NCBI RefSeq assembly: GCF_006345805.1 | Contig: NC_043011.1 | Coordinates: 29,400,464 to 29,464,463 of the forward strand | Reading direction: 5' to 3' | Source: Octopus sinensis | Lineage: Eukaryota | Length of the DNA: 64,000 nucleotides | Shown: one piece after another, positions 1-13,162 of the stretch | Position numbering within the stretch: the stretch's first letter is position 1 | Layout: the number at the start of each line of letters is the position of its first letter | Made by a program: the position numbers and the translations under genes | Notes under the pieces: model-generated | Seen by the model: the letters and a program-made list of their open reading frames with translations, nothing else | What the model was told of the DNA's origin: nothing | Databases searched by the model: none

Positions 1-47
1 CCTTTCACGACACCCTTAAAACCAGGAATTTTTCAGCACCCATTCAT
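1..47. mobile_element. Right end (TIR) of a mariner-like MITE, truncated by the window edge
   Basis: ccaggaatttttcagcacccattcata matches the right end of the elements at 4869-5084 and 6539-6755 (aggaacttctcagcacccactcata). Confidence 0.7.
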
Positions 48-129
48 ATACACAAATCTTTTATTGACTAGTCCAGTGACCCTATGATGGTTGGTATGCA
101 CAAAAGTCTATAGCAATGATATATGAGCT

Positions 130-551
130 ACTCTTTACTCTCTCTTTACTCTTTTACTTGTTTCAGTCATTTGACTGCGGCCATGCTGGAGCACCGCCTT
201 TAATCGAGCAACTCGACCCCGGGACTTTATTCTTTTGTAAGCCCAGTACTTATTCTATCGGTCTCTTTTGCCGAACCGCTAAGTTACGGGGACGTAAGCA
301 CACCAGCATCGGTTGTCAAGCAATGCTAGGGGACAAACACAGACACATAAACATACACGCACACACATATATATATACATATACACGACGGGCTTCTTTC
401 AGTTTCCGTCTACCAAATCCACTCACAAGGCATTGGTCGGCCCGGGGCTATAGCAGAAGACACTTGCCCAAGGTGCAACGCAGTGGGACTGAACCCGGAA
501 CCATGTGGTTGGTTAGTAAGCTACTTACCACACAGCCACTCCTGCGCCTAT
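130..551 (-). mobile_element. CORE-type tRNA-derived SINE (family A)
   Basis: On the minus strand: tRNA-like head ggagtggctgtgtggtaag with B-box-like ggttcagtcc, then a CORE-like ccttgggcaagtgtctt motif, an internal (TA/TG)n tract and a gagtaaa tail. The same sequence recurs many times in the window. Confidence 0.9.
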
Positions 552-845
552 AGGCTTTTCATTAGCTGTAGGCTTTCCATTAGAATCTTAGAAATACTCT
601 CCCTTCCTCCAATTTTACTTGAGTCATTTGCATCTACTGGAGACCTCTGACCTCCAAAACATTGAATGGTTCTTATTTCCTGTCTCATAGAATAATATCA
701 AGCCTATTATACTTGTATCAGCTTACTAATTTATTCTCTCTCTGCTTTTCTCTCTCTCTCACACACACATGTATGTACTCACAGCAACCAAAATCTCCAG
801 TGGATTAACATTACAAGGAATCAACAGCTGCATGGTAATGAAATA

Positions 846-1265
846 GCACAGGAGTGGCTGTGTGGTAAGTAGCTTGCTTACCAAACACATGGTTCTGGGT
901 TCAGTCCCATTCATGGCACCTGGGCAAGTGTCTTCTACTATAGCGTCGGGCCGACCAAAATCTTGTGGGTGGATTTGGTAGATGGAAACTGAAAGAAGCC
1001 CATCATATATATGTAAATATATATGTATGTGTGTGTGTGTATATGTTTGTGTATATGTGTTTGTCCCCCCAACATCACTTGACAACCGATGCTGATGTGC
1101 TTATGTCCCCATAACTTAGCAGTTCAGTTCAGCAAAAGAGAGCGATAGAATAAGTGCTAGGCTTACAAAGAATAAGTCGTGGGATTGATTTGCTGGACTA
1201 AAAGTGGTGCTCCAGCATGGCCACAGTCAAATGACTGAAACACGTAAAAGAGTAAAAAGAGTAAG
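846..1265 (+). mobile_element. CORE-type SINE family A
   Basis: Full head-to-tail match to 130-551. Confidence 0.9.
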
Positions 1266-1974
1266 AACTCTTTCTCATACCAAAGAAGTTGTGAAGAACT
1301 ACCTTCAGTGAGTTTGGAACTTAGCATCCACTGCAGCATTTATTGATGTATTTAATTATCATTTATTTTTTAAAAATAGAAATACTTCGCTCTAGAGGAG
1401 ATAAACAGGCACCCCAACAGGAAAATGAGATGAGATCAACAACACTACAAATTTAAATATAATATAAATATAAGCACAAGCTTGGCTGTGTGGCAAGAAG
1501 CATGCTTCCCAATAAAAAACAAAGAAAACTTTCTTTGGATTTCTAGGTTTTAAGTCTTGGAGATTATGATATTCTGCACATAGAATGTTTTTCAAAATTT
1601 TGGTTTCTTTTATTCTTCACTTCCTCTTTTGAGGAGTACATAACTCTGCATAATACATTTTCATTTCTGAGTTGGTCTGTTTGTAGATTTTACTTTTATT
1701 TCAAATATTCAAGAATACGATTCTAGAAAGAAAAAGAACTCCTAAAAAAAAAAACAACCCTGTAAAGTGAGTGTTTGGTGGGGTCAGTGACTACAGGGTA
1801 AGAATAGCTTCTGGAAATTAGGATTTAAAATTTAGAGTCTAAATTTGGGGTTTTACAGTTAAAAGGAGAAATGGACTTCAAAACGCTGCATTAGTTAATT
1901 TTTACTCTTAAATGTTTGCAAAGTTGTAATCTGCTATTTAAAGCAGAAATCTGAGTCTTTCTAATAAATACATG

Positions 1975-2295
1975 TATGTATGCGTGCATACACACACACA
2001 CACATGCACACACCCACACCCCCACACACCACACACACACACATGCACACACACACATGTACACACACACACACTCATACACGCACATACAGAGACACAC
2101 AGACAGATAGACACACACACTCACACATGCACACACAAACAGACAGACTCACAGACAGACACACACACACTCACGCCCACACACACACTCACACACACAC
2201 ACACTCATACATGCACACACACACACTCACACACATGCACAGACAGACACACACACTCACACATGAACACGTGCATGCACACACACACACACAAA
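1975..2295. repeat. Degenerate (AC)n microsatellite
   Basis: Directly visible; it explains the His/Thr and Cys/Val ORFs here. Confidence 0.95.
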
Positions 2296-2519
2296 TAACT
2301 AAGTAAACATAGCTACTAAGTCTGATATTCCATATATTGTTTATCCAGAAGCTTTCTTATAATCTAAGCAAATTACATTGCAAAGTTAACCTGTTAACAT
2401 TAACAGAATTTTCTACCTACGAAACAGACAGGTATTTCATTTGATGGATACACATACATACATACATACATACATACATACATACATACATACATACATA
2501 CATACATACATAAAGGATA

Positions 2520-2765
2520 AGTACCCTCCTTGGTCATGAGTGACCATGAGATTGCCCCTAAAAATTTTTTTACCCTTCGAGGCACATATCCAAGCAAGGT
2601 TGTTTATGGAAGTCATTCGTGCATACCGGCCTCTTCTCACAATGCCAGCGATGTTATCCAAAGGAAAGGCATCGCAACTCATTTCTACAGCTGAGTGACT
2701 GGAGCAATGTGAAATAAAGTGTCTTGCTCCAGAACACAACTCACAGCCTGGTCCGAGAATAAAAT
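2520..2765 (-). mobile_element. SINE family D fragment (tRNA head; gtgttcttgagcaagacacttt...ctccagtcactcagctg domain)
   Basis: Homologous to 25290-25520, 40590-40890, 40985-41270, 43675-43925 and 50300-50630. Confidence 0.75.
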
Positions 2766-3847
2766 TCAATAGTGGAAAGCATGCAATTATATTGGAACAA
2801 TTTATTTCAATACATGACAAAAAAAACAAACAAAAATGGCAAATAAGATCTCCATTTCCTCACATAGTTCACACTCTATCCACCCTAACACAGTAACTTT
2901 AACCCATAAAGTGCTGGGATTTGCATTTACACAGCATGGATTGCTGAGTACATTTTATGAGAAAGAGACTATGATGCACACATAAAAAACCAAAAAATAG
3001 TTAAAATATCTTTTTATTATATAATGGTGGCAAGTTTTACATAATCTGAAAAGTCATTAAATGAACTATTAGTCGTCTTGCATTCTGGGGTATATCAGAG
3101 TGTTTGAGTGATACTAGACCCCAACAAACGCCTATAAATTAAATGCATCTATCTGGGCCATGATTGTGGCCTGTCGACTTGTGCCTCACGGCCACAATTG
3201 TAGCCTGTCATGCTTTATGTGTTAAGAAAACTCTACACAAATACCAGATTGCTCTCTTGCTCCACAATATATGAAAAGTCAAGATAAGAGTAGTCTGCCA
3301 ACTTGGATATAATAAAAATGTATCTGTTCGCTCTACACAGCGTATTGAGTTCTATATTAGATAAAATTTGTATAAAATTTGTATATGTGTATATGTGAAA
3401 TATATTATTGATGAATTTCACTACTGTTACATTATGACACATATACATGTGTACACATACACACAGACACACGTACACATGCATACACTCCCACACACTT
3501 TTACACACCCACATACAAAATAGAGATAGATATGTGCATATGTATATGTACATATATATGTATGTGTGTGTGTATGTGTGTATACATACATATATATGTC
3601 TGTGTGTATTTATATATGCATATTAATATATATTTGTGTGTGTTTGTATGGGTGCATGTACGTGCACGTGTGTGAGTGTGTGTGTGTGTGTGTGTGTATG
3701 TGTGTGTGTAAGCATGTATGTAGGTACTAGATTAAGAACCTACTTTTGCCTTGGATAAAAACTCAAATAATGAAAAACTCATATATAACTATATGTATAC
3801 ACAAAGACACACAAACACACATAAGCACATAAACATATATATGCATA

Positions 3848-3884
<37 letters not shown>

Positions 3885-3931
3885 ATAGATATATATATTC
3901 ATATATATAACAAACATATTATATAACATAT

Positions 3932-3970
<39 letters not shown>

Positions 3971-3976
3971 CATATA

Positions 3977-4149
3977 TAGGCGTAGAAGTGGCTGTGTGGT
4001 AAGTAGCTTGCTTAGAAGTGCATGGTTCCGGGTTCAGTCCATTGGTGTTGGCACTTGGGCAAGTGTCTTCTACTATATATGCCTTGTGCGACCAAAGCCT
4101 TGTGAGTGGATTGGTAGATGGAAAATGAAAGAAGCCTGTCGCATGTATG

Positions 4150-4180
<31 letters not shown>

Positions 4181-4400
4181 ATATGTTTGTGGTTCTGTAT
4201 TTGTTCCCCGAACATCGCTTGACAACCGATGCTGGTGTGTTTACGTCCCCCGAACTTAGCGGTTCGGCAAAAGAGACTGATAGAATAAGTACTAGGCTTA
4301 CAAAGAATAAGTCCTGGATCGATTTTTCCTCGACAAAAGGCGGTGCTCCAGCATGGCCGCAGATCAATGACTGAAACAAGTAAAAAGTAAAGAGTAAAAG
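3977..4400 (+). mobile_element. CORE-type SINE family A (duplication copy 1)
   Basis: Match to family A. Confidence 0.9.
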
Positions 4401-4868
4401 AGATATATATATTATCTACTCTTGCCTTTCTGTATACACACGTACAACATACCCACACACTTACACATACACACACACGCATATACTTCCATACATTCTT
4501 TTACTGGTTTCGTTGATGGATTGTGGTCATGCTGGAGAGCATTGGGTTTAAGGATTTTGTGAAACATATCAACCTCAACGATTATTTTGGGCTAATGCAT
4601 ATTTTATTGATCTTTATACATAGGTGGCTACTTTAAGACCATGAGTAGACACAACATAAACACACAGCAGGTCTCAGACAAGTGCAAGCACAAATCCTCA
4701 TACACACACACACACACACCACGCACACCCCCCCACACACCCACATGCATATTTGTATAGATATATATGTTTGGGAATGTATGTATACGGTGTACATTTA
4801 CCTACATGTAAATATACATACATACTTGCAATTATTATATATATATAATATATATATACATTTATTAA

Positions 4869-5084
4869 TGAGGGGCTGCTGAAAAGTTCTTGGCTTTGGA
4901 AAAAGAAAATACAGACGGAAGAGTTAATTATGACTTTACTCAACATATTCCCCTCTTAGACTCACGCACTTATTTCAGAGGTCCTTCAGTTACTTTAAGC
5001 CCTCTAAAAGAACTTGGAAGGTCAGGCCTCCAACAAGGCCCGTTTGCGATACAATTGAAGATAGGAACTTCTCAGCATCCACTC
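4869..5084. mobile_element. Mariner-like MITE (duplication copy 1)
   Basis: TIR pair gaggggctgctgaaaagttctt / aggaacttctcagcatccactc in a TA-rich context. Confidence 0.75.
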
Positions 5085-5406
5085 TATTTATTAGAAATAT
5101 ATATATATATTACACACACACATATACTTGTATGTATATAGATGGATTTGTGTGAGTGTGTTATGTATGTGGTGTGTTTTGTGCGTATGTATGTGTATTG
5201 GTGCATTTATTATATATATAATATACGTATTCTGTTGTGTCTGGGGAGAGTCATTCCCTTTGGGTGCCTTATAATTTAATACACTCACCGTAAAATTTCC
5301 ACTTATTTATTTAAATTTTTTTTTATTTTTCTAAAATTTTCGTTGCATCTGCATCTTTACAATATTTTGACCAATACAAAAACAAAACTAAATATAGACA
5401 CATATC

Positions 5407-5439
<33 letters not shown>

Positions 5440-5447
5440 TATATAGA

Positions 5448-5495
<48 letters not shown>

Positions 5496-5585
5496 TATAT
5501 ATTACATACATATGTACACACACACACATGCATGCACATACTCTGTAAATATTATATATATACATATATATAAACATATATATAT

Positions 5586-5623
<38 letters not shown>

Positions 5624-5636
5624 TGTATACATATAT

Positions 5637-6060
5637 AGGCGTAGAAGTGGCTGTGTGGTAAGTAGCTTGCTTATGAAGTGCATGGTTCCGGGTTCAGTCC
5701 CATTGTGTGGCATCTTGGGCAAGTGTCTTCTACTATAGCCTTGGGCTGACCAAAGCCTTGTGAGTGGATTTGGTAGATGGAAAATGAAAGAAGCCTGTCG
5801 CATGTATGTATATATATATATGTGTATGTGTGTGTGTATATGTTTGTGTGTCTGTATTTGTTCCCCGAACATCGCTTGACAACCGATGCTGGTGTGTTTA
5901 CGTCCCCCGTAACTTAGCGGTTCGGCAAAAGAGACTGATAGAATAAGTACTAGGCTTACAAAGAATAAGTCCTGGGATCGATTTTTCTCGACAAAAGGCG
6001 GTGCTCCAGCATGGCCGCAGTCAAATGACTGAAACAAGTAAAAGAGTAAAGAGTAAAAGA
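5637..6060 (+). mobile_element. CORE-type SINE family A (duplication copy 2)
   Basis: Match to family A. Confidence 0.9.
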
Positions 6061-6497
6061 GATATATATATATATCTACTCTTTGCCTTTCTGTATACAC
6101 ACGTACACACATACCCACACACTTACACATACACACACACGCATATACTTCCATACATTCTTTTACTGGTTTCGTTGATTGGATTGTGGTCATGCTGGAG
6201 CATTGGGTTTAAGGATTTTGTGAAACATATCAACCTCAACGATTATTTTGGGCTAATGCATATTTTATTGATCTTTATACATCAGGTGCTACTTTAAAGA
6301 CCATGAGTAGACACAACATAAACAACAACAGCAGGTCTCAGACAAGTGCAAGCACAAATCCTGATACACGCACACACACACACACACACACGCACACCCA
6401 CACACACCCACATGCATATTTGTATAGATTTATATGTTTGGGAATGTATGTATACGTGTGTACATTTACCTACATGTAAATATACATACATACTTGC

Positions 6498-6531
<34 letters not shown>

Positions 6532-6538
6532 TTATTAA

Positions 6539-6755
6539 TGAGGGGCTGCTGAAAAGTTCTTGGCTTTGGAAAAAGAAAATACAGACGGAAGAGTTAATTA
6601 TGACTTTACTCAACATATTCCCCTCTTAGACTCACGCACTTATTTCAGAGGTCCTTCAGTTACTTTAAGCCCTCTAAAAGAACTTGGAAGGTCAGGCCTC
6701 CAACAAGGCCCTTTTGCGATACAATTGAAGATAGGAACTTCTCAGCACCCACTCA
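6539..6755. mobile_element. Mariner-like MITE (duplication copy 2)
   Basis: Same element as 4869-5084. Confidence 0.75.
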
Positions 6756-6759
6756 TATT

Positions 6760-6800
<41 letters not shown>

Positions 6801-7657
6801 TATACTTGTATGTATATAGATGGATTTGTGTGAGTGTGTGTATGTATGTGTGTGTGTTTGTGCATATGTATGTGTATTGGTGCATTTATATATATATATA
6901 TATATATAAATATACGTATTCTGTTGTGTCTGGGGAGAGTCATTCTCCTTTGGTGCCTTATAATTTAATACACTCACCGGTAAAATTTCCACTTATTTAT
7001 TTTTTATTTTTTAAAATTTTTCTAAAATTTTCGTTGCATCTTGCAACCTTTACAATAGTTTTGACCAAATACAAAAACAAAATAAATATAGACACATATC
7101 TGCATTATATATATATATAATATATATATATTAATATAATATTACATACATATGTACACACACACACATGCATGCACATACTCTGTAAATATATATTATA
7201 TATATATATACACACACACAGGCATGCACATAATCACACATCCACGTACACACACACACACACATAATAGGCATAAGGATAGGGGCCATCTAACAAGCTC
7301 CACTTGCAAATTTGTGATTAGCATGAGGTTATTACAGAAAACGCACGTACAAGGTGTTTGACAATGGTATTGAACCCAGATCCATGGTGCTGCAAGGAGA
7401 ACATCTTCTCTGCAAAGCCATTCCTGTAGACACACACATTCAGACTTTCACACAAACACAGACTGTTTGTAAGTAGTATCACAAAGTTATTTCAAGAACA
7501 AAGTAGAGTGTACTCAATACATTACATAGAGCAAATACTTGTTATAATATAATAGTTAAAAGCAATGAATACTGTATTACTTTAAAGTTTCATACCATAT
7601 AAAAATAAAAAAGTGGTCTTTAGATGTCTACTTAAAAAGTAAATTAACTAACTTGCA

Positions 7658-7738
<81 letters not shown>

Positions 7739-7846
7739 CTTCATATATAATGTGTGTGTGTGTGTATATATATATTTACAGATATGTCTACATACTTGCA
7801 TACACACACACACACACACAAATATATATATATTCACAGACAAATA

Positions 7847-7882
<36 letters not shown>

Positions 7883-8518
7883 AAACATGCATACACTCAT
7901 GTATATGTATATAGATAAGCACACAGACAGGTAAAAATATGTGCACAAATGTGCGTGTGTATATATATATGAGTACCTCTATATATACTTGTATGTATAT
8001 AGATGGATGCATGTGCACATGTGTATGTATACATGTACACACATGCACATACACAGACAAACAACACACACACACACACAAATACTTTCACAAAGAAAAT
8101 ACATACTTTTTAAGGGTAGAGTAATAATTTCCTTTTATTATAGATATAACAAAAAAAAAATTTACCAAACTAATAATACAGGTGTTGCTCGTTACATGAG
8201 CAGAAGAATATTTATATCTTTATATATTTTATTTGTTTTTTTTTTAGTGATACTTAAGTAAACACATTTAAAATTTTAAAACTGAATTTGTCACACTGCC
8301 TCCACTACCAAAAAAACCCACCGGCAAAAAACCCACCACCGCCACCACCACCACCACCCCAGGTATTTTGTTGTTATTCTTGTTGCTTCAAGCAATGCTT
8401 GTGTTTTTCATTATACATACATACCCAATATATACATACATATATATGTGTGTGTGTGTGTATGAGTATGTATATGTATTCATCAATATATTATATATAT
8501 ATGTGTGTGTGTATTATG

Positions 8519-8549
<31 letters not shown>

Positions 8550-8595
8550 TTATATATATATAATACATATATATATACATATATATATATATATT

Positions 8596-8633
<38 letters not shown>

Positions 8634-8679
8634 CATAGATATATATACATATATACATGAATGTTATTTATTCACCTAC

Positions 8680-8838
8680 CTGACATAAGACAGAGTAGAG
8701 AAATTAAACTCTGACAACGCTTCGGTTTCTTTTTCTTTTTCCTTCTCTCGTTCTTTATCTTTTCGGAAACTTCCTTTCCGTCGGAACGAGAAGCGAGATA
8801 CGGATATACGATCCATCCCTGGCTGCAGTCTTATGCTT
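8680..8838 (-). CDS. Candidate internal coding exon of an unidentified gene
   Basis: Unique CpG-rich island. Minus-strand acceptor cttacacacAG and donor GTCAG/gtaggt; 159 nt, phase 2-2, open frame SIRLQPGMDRISVSRFSFRRKGSFRKDKEREKEKEKETEALSEFNFSTLSYV. A plus-strand donor (tgt/gtaagt at 8845) competes with this reading. Confidence 0.3.
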
Positions 8839-9139
8839 CTGTGTGTAAGTGACTCACCACACACCAAAAAAAAAAATAATAAAATAGAATTGTTGTCAGT
8901 TGGAAAAAAAGATTTGCACTTTATATATATGTTTGTTTTTTTTATTGTGTTTTGTTTTGTTGTGTTTGTTCACTTTGCTATTGTCGTTGTTGTTGTTATT
9001 GTAACTATTATTATTATTATTAGTTTTGTTCTGCTTTTTTTTTGTTTGTTTGTTCTTTTGATACTTTTCCTTTCTTGCAAGGAACTTTCCCGTCAAGTAT
9101 TATTGAACGACTGAATGTATGAACTGATATACCGATTCG

Positions 9140-9395
9140 GAACTACTGCTGCTGCTGCTGCTGTTGCTGTTGCTGCAGTTGTTGTTGCTGCTGCTGCTGC
9201 TGTTGTTACTGTTATTATTGCCGCTGTTGCTGCTGTGTTATCGCCAATACTGCTGCTGCTGCTGCTGCTGATGATGATGATGACGACGATGAGGATGATG
9301 ATGATGATGACGTTGATCTTATTGTATTTATTGCTGCTGATGCTGCTGGCGTTCCGGCTTTCATGTTGATACCCTTGTTAGTGATACTGATGACA

Positions 9396-9430
<35 letters not shown>

Positions 9431-10417
9431 CTTATTAGAGTTGCCACTGCGACTAATGCTGCTGATGCTGTTACCGCTGCCGTAACAGTTGCTGCTGCTT
9501 TTGCTGCTGTTGAGGATGCCGATGGAAGTGGGTGGGATAGGGTTGTCCCTGTTGCTAATGGTGCTGATGCTACTGCCATTGCTGCTGCTGATACTACTGC
9601 TATTGCTAATGTTGTCGATGTTGCTAATGCTGTTGTTATTAGTGTTGCTACTATTCCCACTGCCATTGCTAATGCTGCTGCTGGTGATGTTAGAGTTGAC
9701 TCTGTCATTAATGCTGCTTTGGCTACTACTACTGTTGCTATGGATGCTAACGCTGTTGTTGCTAATGATAATTCTGATGTTAATGGTGACGGGCTGATGC
9801 TAGCGATAATGGAGAGGATAACGGTGATGATAATTCTAATAATGATACTGATATTAATGCTAATGAAGATGGCCAATACTAATGATGATGGTTGTTGCTA
9901 ATGATGAGGGTTGATGCTAATGATGATGGTTGTTGCTAATGATGATGGTTGCTGCTGATGATGATGGCTGAGGCTAATGATGATGATTGATGCTAATAAC
10001 TTTGTTGTTAATGACGATGGTGATGCTCATGTTGAGGACAATGAGATTGCTAATGATTGTGTTTGTTGCTAATTAAAACGATCATACTGTTGATGGTAGA
10101 ATCTAATGTCAATGGTGTTGGCAATGATGCTGAGTGGTCATGATGTTGTGGTTGCTAACTGAATTGTTGCCAATGATGATAGTGGTGTTGCTCTTGGGAA
10201 TGTTGCTGTCACTAATGCTGCTATTTCTAATAATGATAATGATGTTGCTAATGGTATTGTCAATGTTAGTGATGACACGGTTGCATGATCATTTGCAACA
10301 GAGTTACCTCTACTGCTAAACTTTGCTGCTGTTGATGATGTTGCTGATAATCTCCTATTTATGCTTTGGTATTCTACTGCTGCTGCCGAAGCTGTTTCTG
10401 TTGCTGTCAGCACTCAT

Positions 10418-10449
<32 letters not shown>

Positions 10450-10450
10450 G
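9140..10450. repeat. Degenerate trinucleotide array (GCT/GAT/GTT)n
   Basis: Directly visible; stops occur in all frames. Confidence 0.9.
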
Positions 10451-11147
10451 TAAAAGGTTCAGACAATAAGAAAAGACTTTGCAAACTTTGCAGAACAATA
10501 TTAAAATCAGAGAATGGGGTACGTATATATGTGTACATGTATATGCACAGATGTGTGTGCGTGTGTGTGTGTGCAGTTGATTGTGCATGTATGTATGTTT
10601 AATAGCATGAGTGAATGGATGAGTGCTGAATTATGCAAATATGACAATATGAATGAGTGAGTGTCAGAGTACTTCAGAGAGAGTGAGGGTGAGTGGGTGA
10701 GTTCTATATTGTGTGTGAGAATATGAGTGGCTGTGAGAGCATCTGAGTATGTGTGTTTGTGTGTGCATGCATATGTATGTGTGCATATGCATGTGTGATT
10801 GAGAGACTATGAGTGTATAAATGTAAGTGTGAATGAAGATATTTGAGTGTGTGAGATATTGTGGTCAAAACAATTCTGTAAGGAACATTTATAGCCATGT
10901 GTAAAAGAAATGAGACTACATCTAATTGCTCATTTCATCACTAAGAAATAGCAACCAAATCACCCTCAAAGACATCCTTCTGTCAATAAAAAATGGTGGA
11001 AAAAAACACACACCCGTTGATGTAGCCCCTAATATCTAAAAAGCAAGATGGTCATAACTGGAATGACTTTGATCATAGGTCTTATCATCTTATATACAAT
11101 GGATTACATTAACCACACACACACACACACACACACATGTCTATGTA

Positions 11148-11196
<49 letters not shown>

Positions 11197-11319
11197 ACAT
11201 ATATATATATATATTTATTTATTTTATAAATAATAAATAAATAAATTAATTAATTAATTTACTCTGCTATGTATTGAGTACCTTATTTACTGTGGTTAAC
11301 CCTGACTCAACCCGGGACC

Positions 11320-11365
<46 letters not shown>

Positions 11366-11679
11366 TATATATACATATATATACACATATACATATATAT
11401 ATGTGCATATATATGTGTGTGTGTGTATGTGTGTGTGTGTAACAAGAAATAATTTTTGTTTCTTTCTATGGATACAAAGAAGTTATATAGGGTTGCAAAA
11501 AAGAAGTACTCAAGTGAAATTGAGATAGAGACAAAAATTGATTAGAGAACAAATGTCAAACTCGGGCCAACAACTTTATATAACCCCATACTTCTATACA
11601 TTTCATCATATACAAATAATACCATGGCCTTCGACATATAAAAGAAATACATATATAAATGCCAAAGATGAAAAATATA

Positions 11680-11846
11680 TAGGCGCAGGAGTGGCTATGT
11701 GGTAAGTAGCTTGTCTACCAACCACATGGTTCCGGGTTCAGTCCCACTGCGTGGCACCTTGGGCAAGTGTCTTCTACTATAGCCTCGGGCCAACCAAAGC
11801 CTTGTGAGTGGATTTGGTAGACGGAAACTGAAAGAAGCCCGTCGTA

Positions 11847-11879
<33 letters not shown>

Positions 11880-12092
11880 GCGTGTGTGTGTTTGTGTGTC
11901 TGTGTTTGTCCCCTAGCATTGTTTGACAACCGATGCTGGTGTGTTTATGTCCCCGTTACTTAGCGGTTCGGCAAAAGAGACCAATAGAATAAGTACTGGG
12001 CTTACAAAGAATAAGTCCCGGGGTCGAGTTGCTCGATTAAAGGCGGTGCTCCAGCATGGCCGCAGTCAAATGACTGAAACAAGTAAAAGAGT
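11680..12092 (+). mobile_element. CORE-type SINE family A, near-consensus copy
   Basis: Full length with CpGs retained (ggcgcaggagtggc...gtaaaagag). Confidence 0.92.
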
Positions 12093-12611
12093 ATATGCAC
12101 ATATAAAAAAATACAAAGATATACAGGACCTGTTTGTAAAAAATGTATATAAAAATCGACTTAAGTAGGTGATTAAAAAGAATTATTAAAACATATCAAT
12201 CAACTAAAAAATTTACAAATCAATTATAAATAATAGTCAGTTCTTAAAAATGAAGCAATCCATGGTAGGTCCGGTATCCAAAGAGCGTAAAAGAGATCCA
12301 AATAAGGGTAAGTCAAAATCCACTCCTATGGCCATTTCGGGAGTTCCTTGCTGCAGTCCAATTGCAAGTTAAAGCGCATCCCAGAAATCACCCCCTCATC
12401 AGGATGAACAGAATTCTCTTGGAATTTCATATTCAAGTAGTTCACCAAGAACTGACTATTTTGATATATTTTTAATCGATGGGTAAATATTTTAGTCTAT
12501 TGATATGTTTTAATAATTCTTTAATAATACTTTAGTCAATTTTTATATACATTTTTCTGGACAGGTCATTCTGTATACAGAATTGCATTGTATTTTTTAT
12601 ATGTGCATATA
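12092..12611 (-). mobile_element. Inverted-repeat-bounded element with a central hammerhead motif (Penelope-like, non-autonomous)
   Basis: Arms 12092-12245 and 12447-12611 are imperfect reverse complements; the loop of about 200 bp holds the ribozyme motif. Confidence 0.65.
12324..12405 (-). ncRNA. Type I hammerhead ribozyme motif with a long stem II loop
   Basis: Minus strand reads atc-CTGATGA-GGGGG...(about 47 nt)...CTCCC-GAAA-TGGCCA-TA-gga. Stem III is the palindrome ATGGCCAT; stem I is weak. Confidence 0.6.
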
Positions 12612-12770
12612 TATATTTTTTACCTTTGGCGTTTACATATGTATTATTTTAATATGTTGAAAGCCATTGTATAATTTGTATACGATGAAATATATAGAAG
12701 TGTGGGGTTATAGAGAGCTATTGGGCCGAATTTGAAGCTTATTCTCTAATCAATGATTATATATATATAT

Positions 12771-12809
<39 letters not shown>

Positions 12810-13009
12810 GGTTATGAGGGGTAATGGTGTCAGTGAGACCCAAAGGTGTAAGTGATATCGATAGACCATAGTTAAGTTCCAGGTTTGGTGATTATGCGAA
12901 TAAGGGGTCCAACTTAGGTCATATATCAGTGTGTATATATAAAAAAATTTTTTATGCAATGAGATAAAAACCAAGGGTGTGAACTATTGCTTAACCATCT
13001 TCTCACACC

Positions 13010-13057
13010 GTCTCCGATGAAGGGATATAATAAATATCCTAGAAACAGCTGTAAGAC
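13010..13057 (+). ncRNA. Minimal type I hammerhead ribozyme (CCGAUGA core variant)
   Basis: GTCT-CCGATGA-ag-GGATAT aataa ATATCC-ta-GAAA-CAGCTG-TA-AGAC. Stem I is GTCT/AGAC, stem III is the palindrome ACAGCTGT, and the cleavage triplet is GUA. Confidence 0.75.
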
Positions 13058-13126
13058 CTATTTATAAATGTTCTAAATCTACACAGCCTTGGTTTTTTAT
13101 CTCATAATGGAAAAAAATTTTATATA

Positions 13127-13162
<36 letters not shown>

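Larger units (their letters stand above)
3900..7200 (+). repeat. Tandem duplication with a unit of about 1.65 kb (about 3900-5560 and 5560-7200)
   Basis: Both units carry the same SINE (3977 vs 5637), the same MITE (4869 vs 6539) and the same unique spacers, offset by about 1640-1670 bp. Confidence 0.95.

Noticed and set aside
3163-3199. 9-bp stem attgtggcc/ggccacaat
   Set aside because: Too short to distinguish from chance or a decayed MITE fragment.
9361-9876. 171-aa Ala/Thr/Ser-rich ORF
   Set aside because: It lies wholly within a degenerate triplet array, with no splice or start context and no non-repetitive domain.
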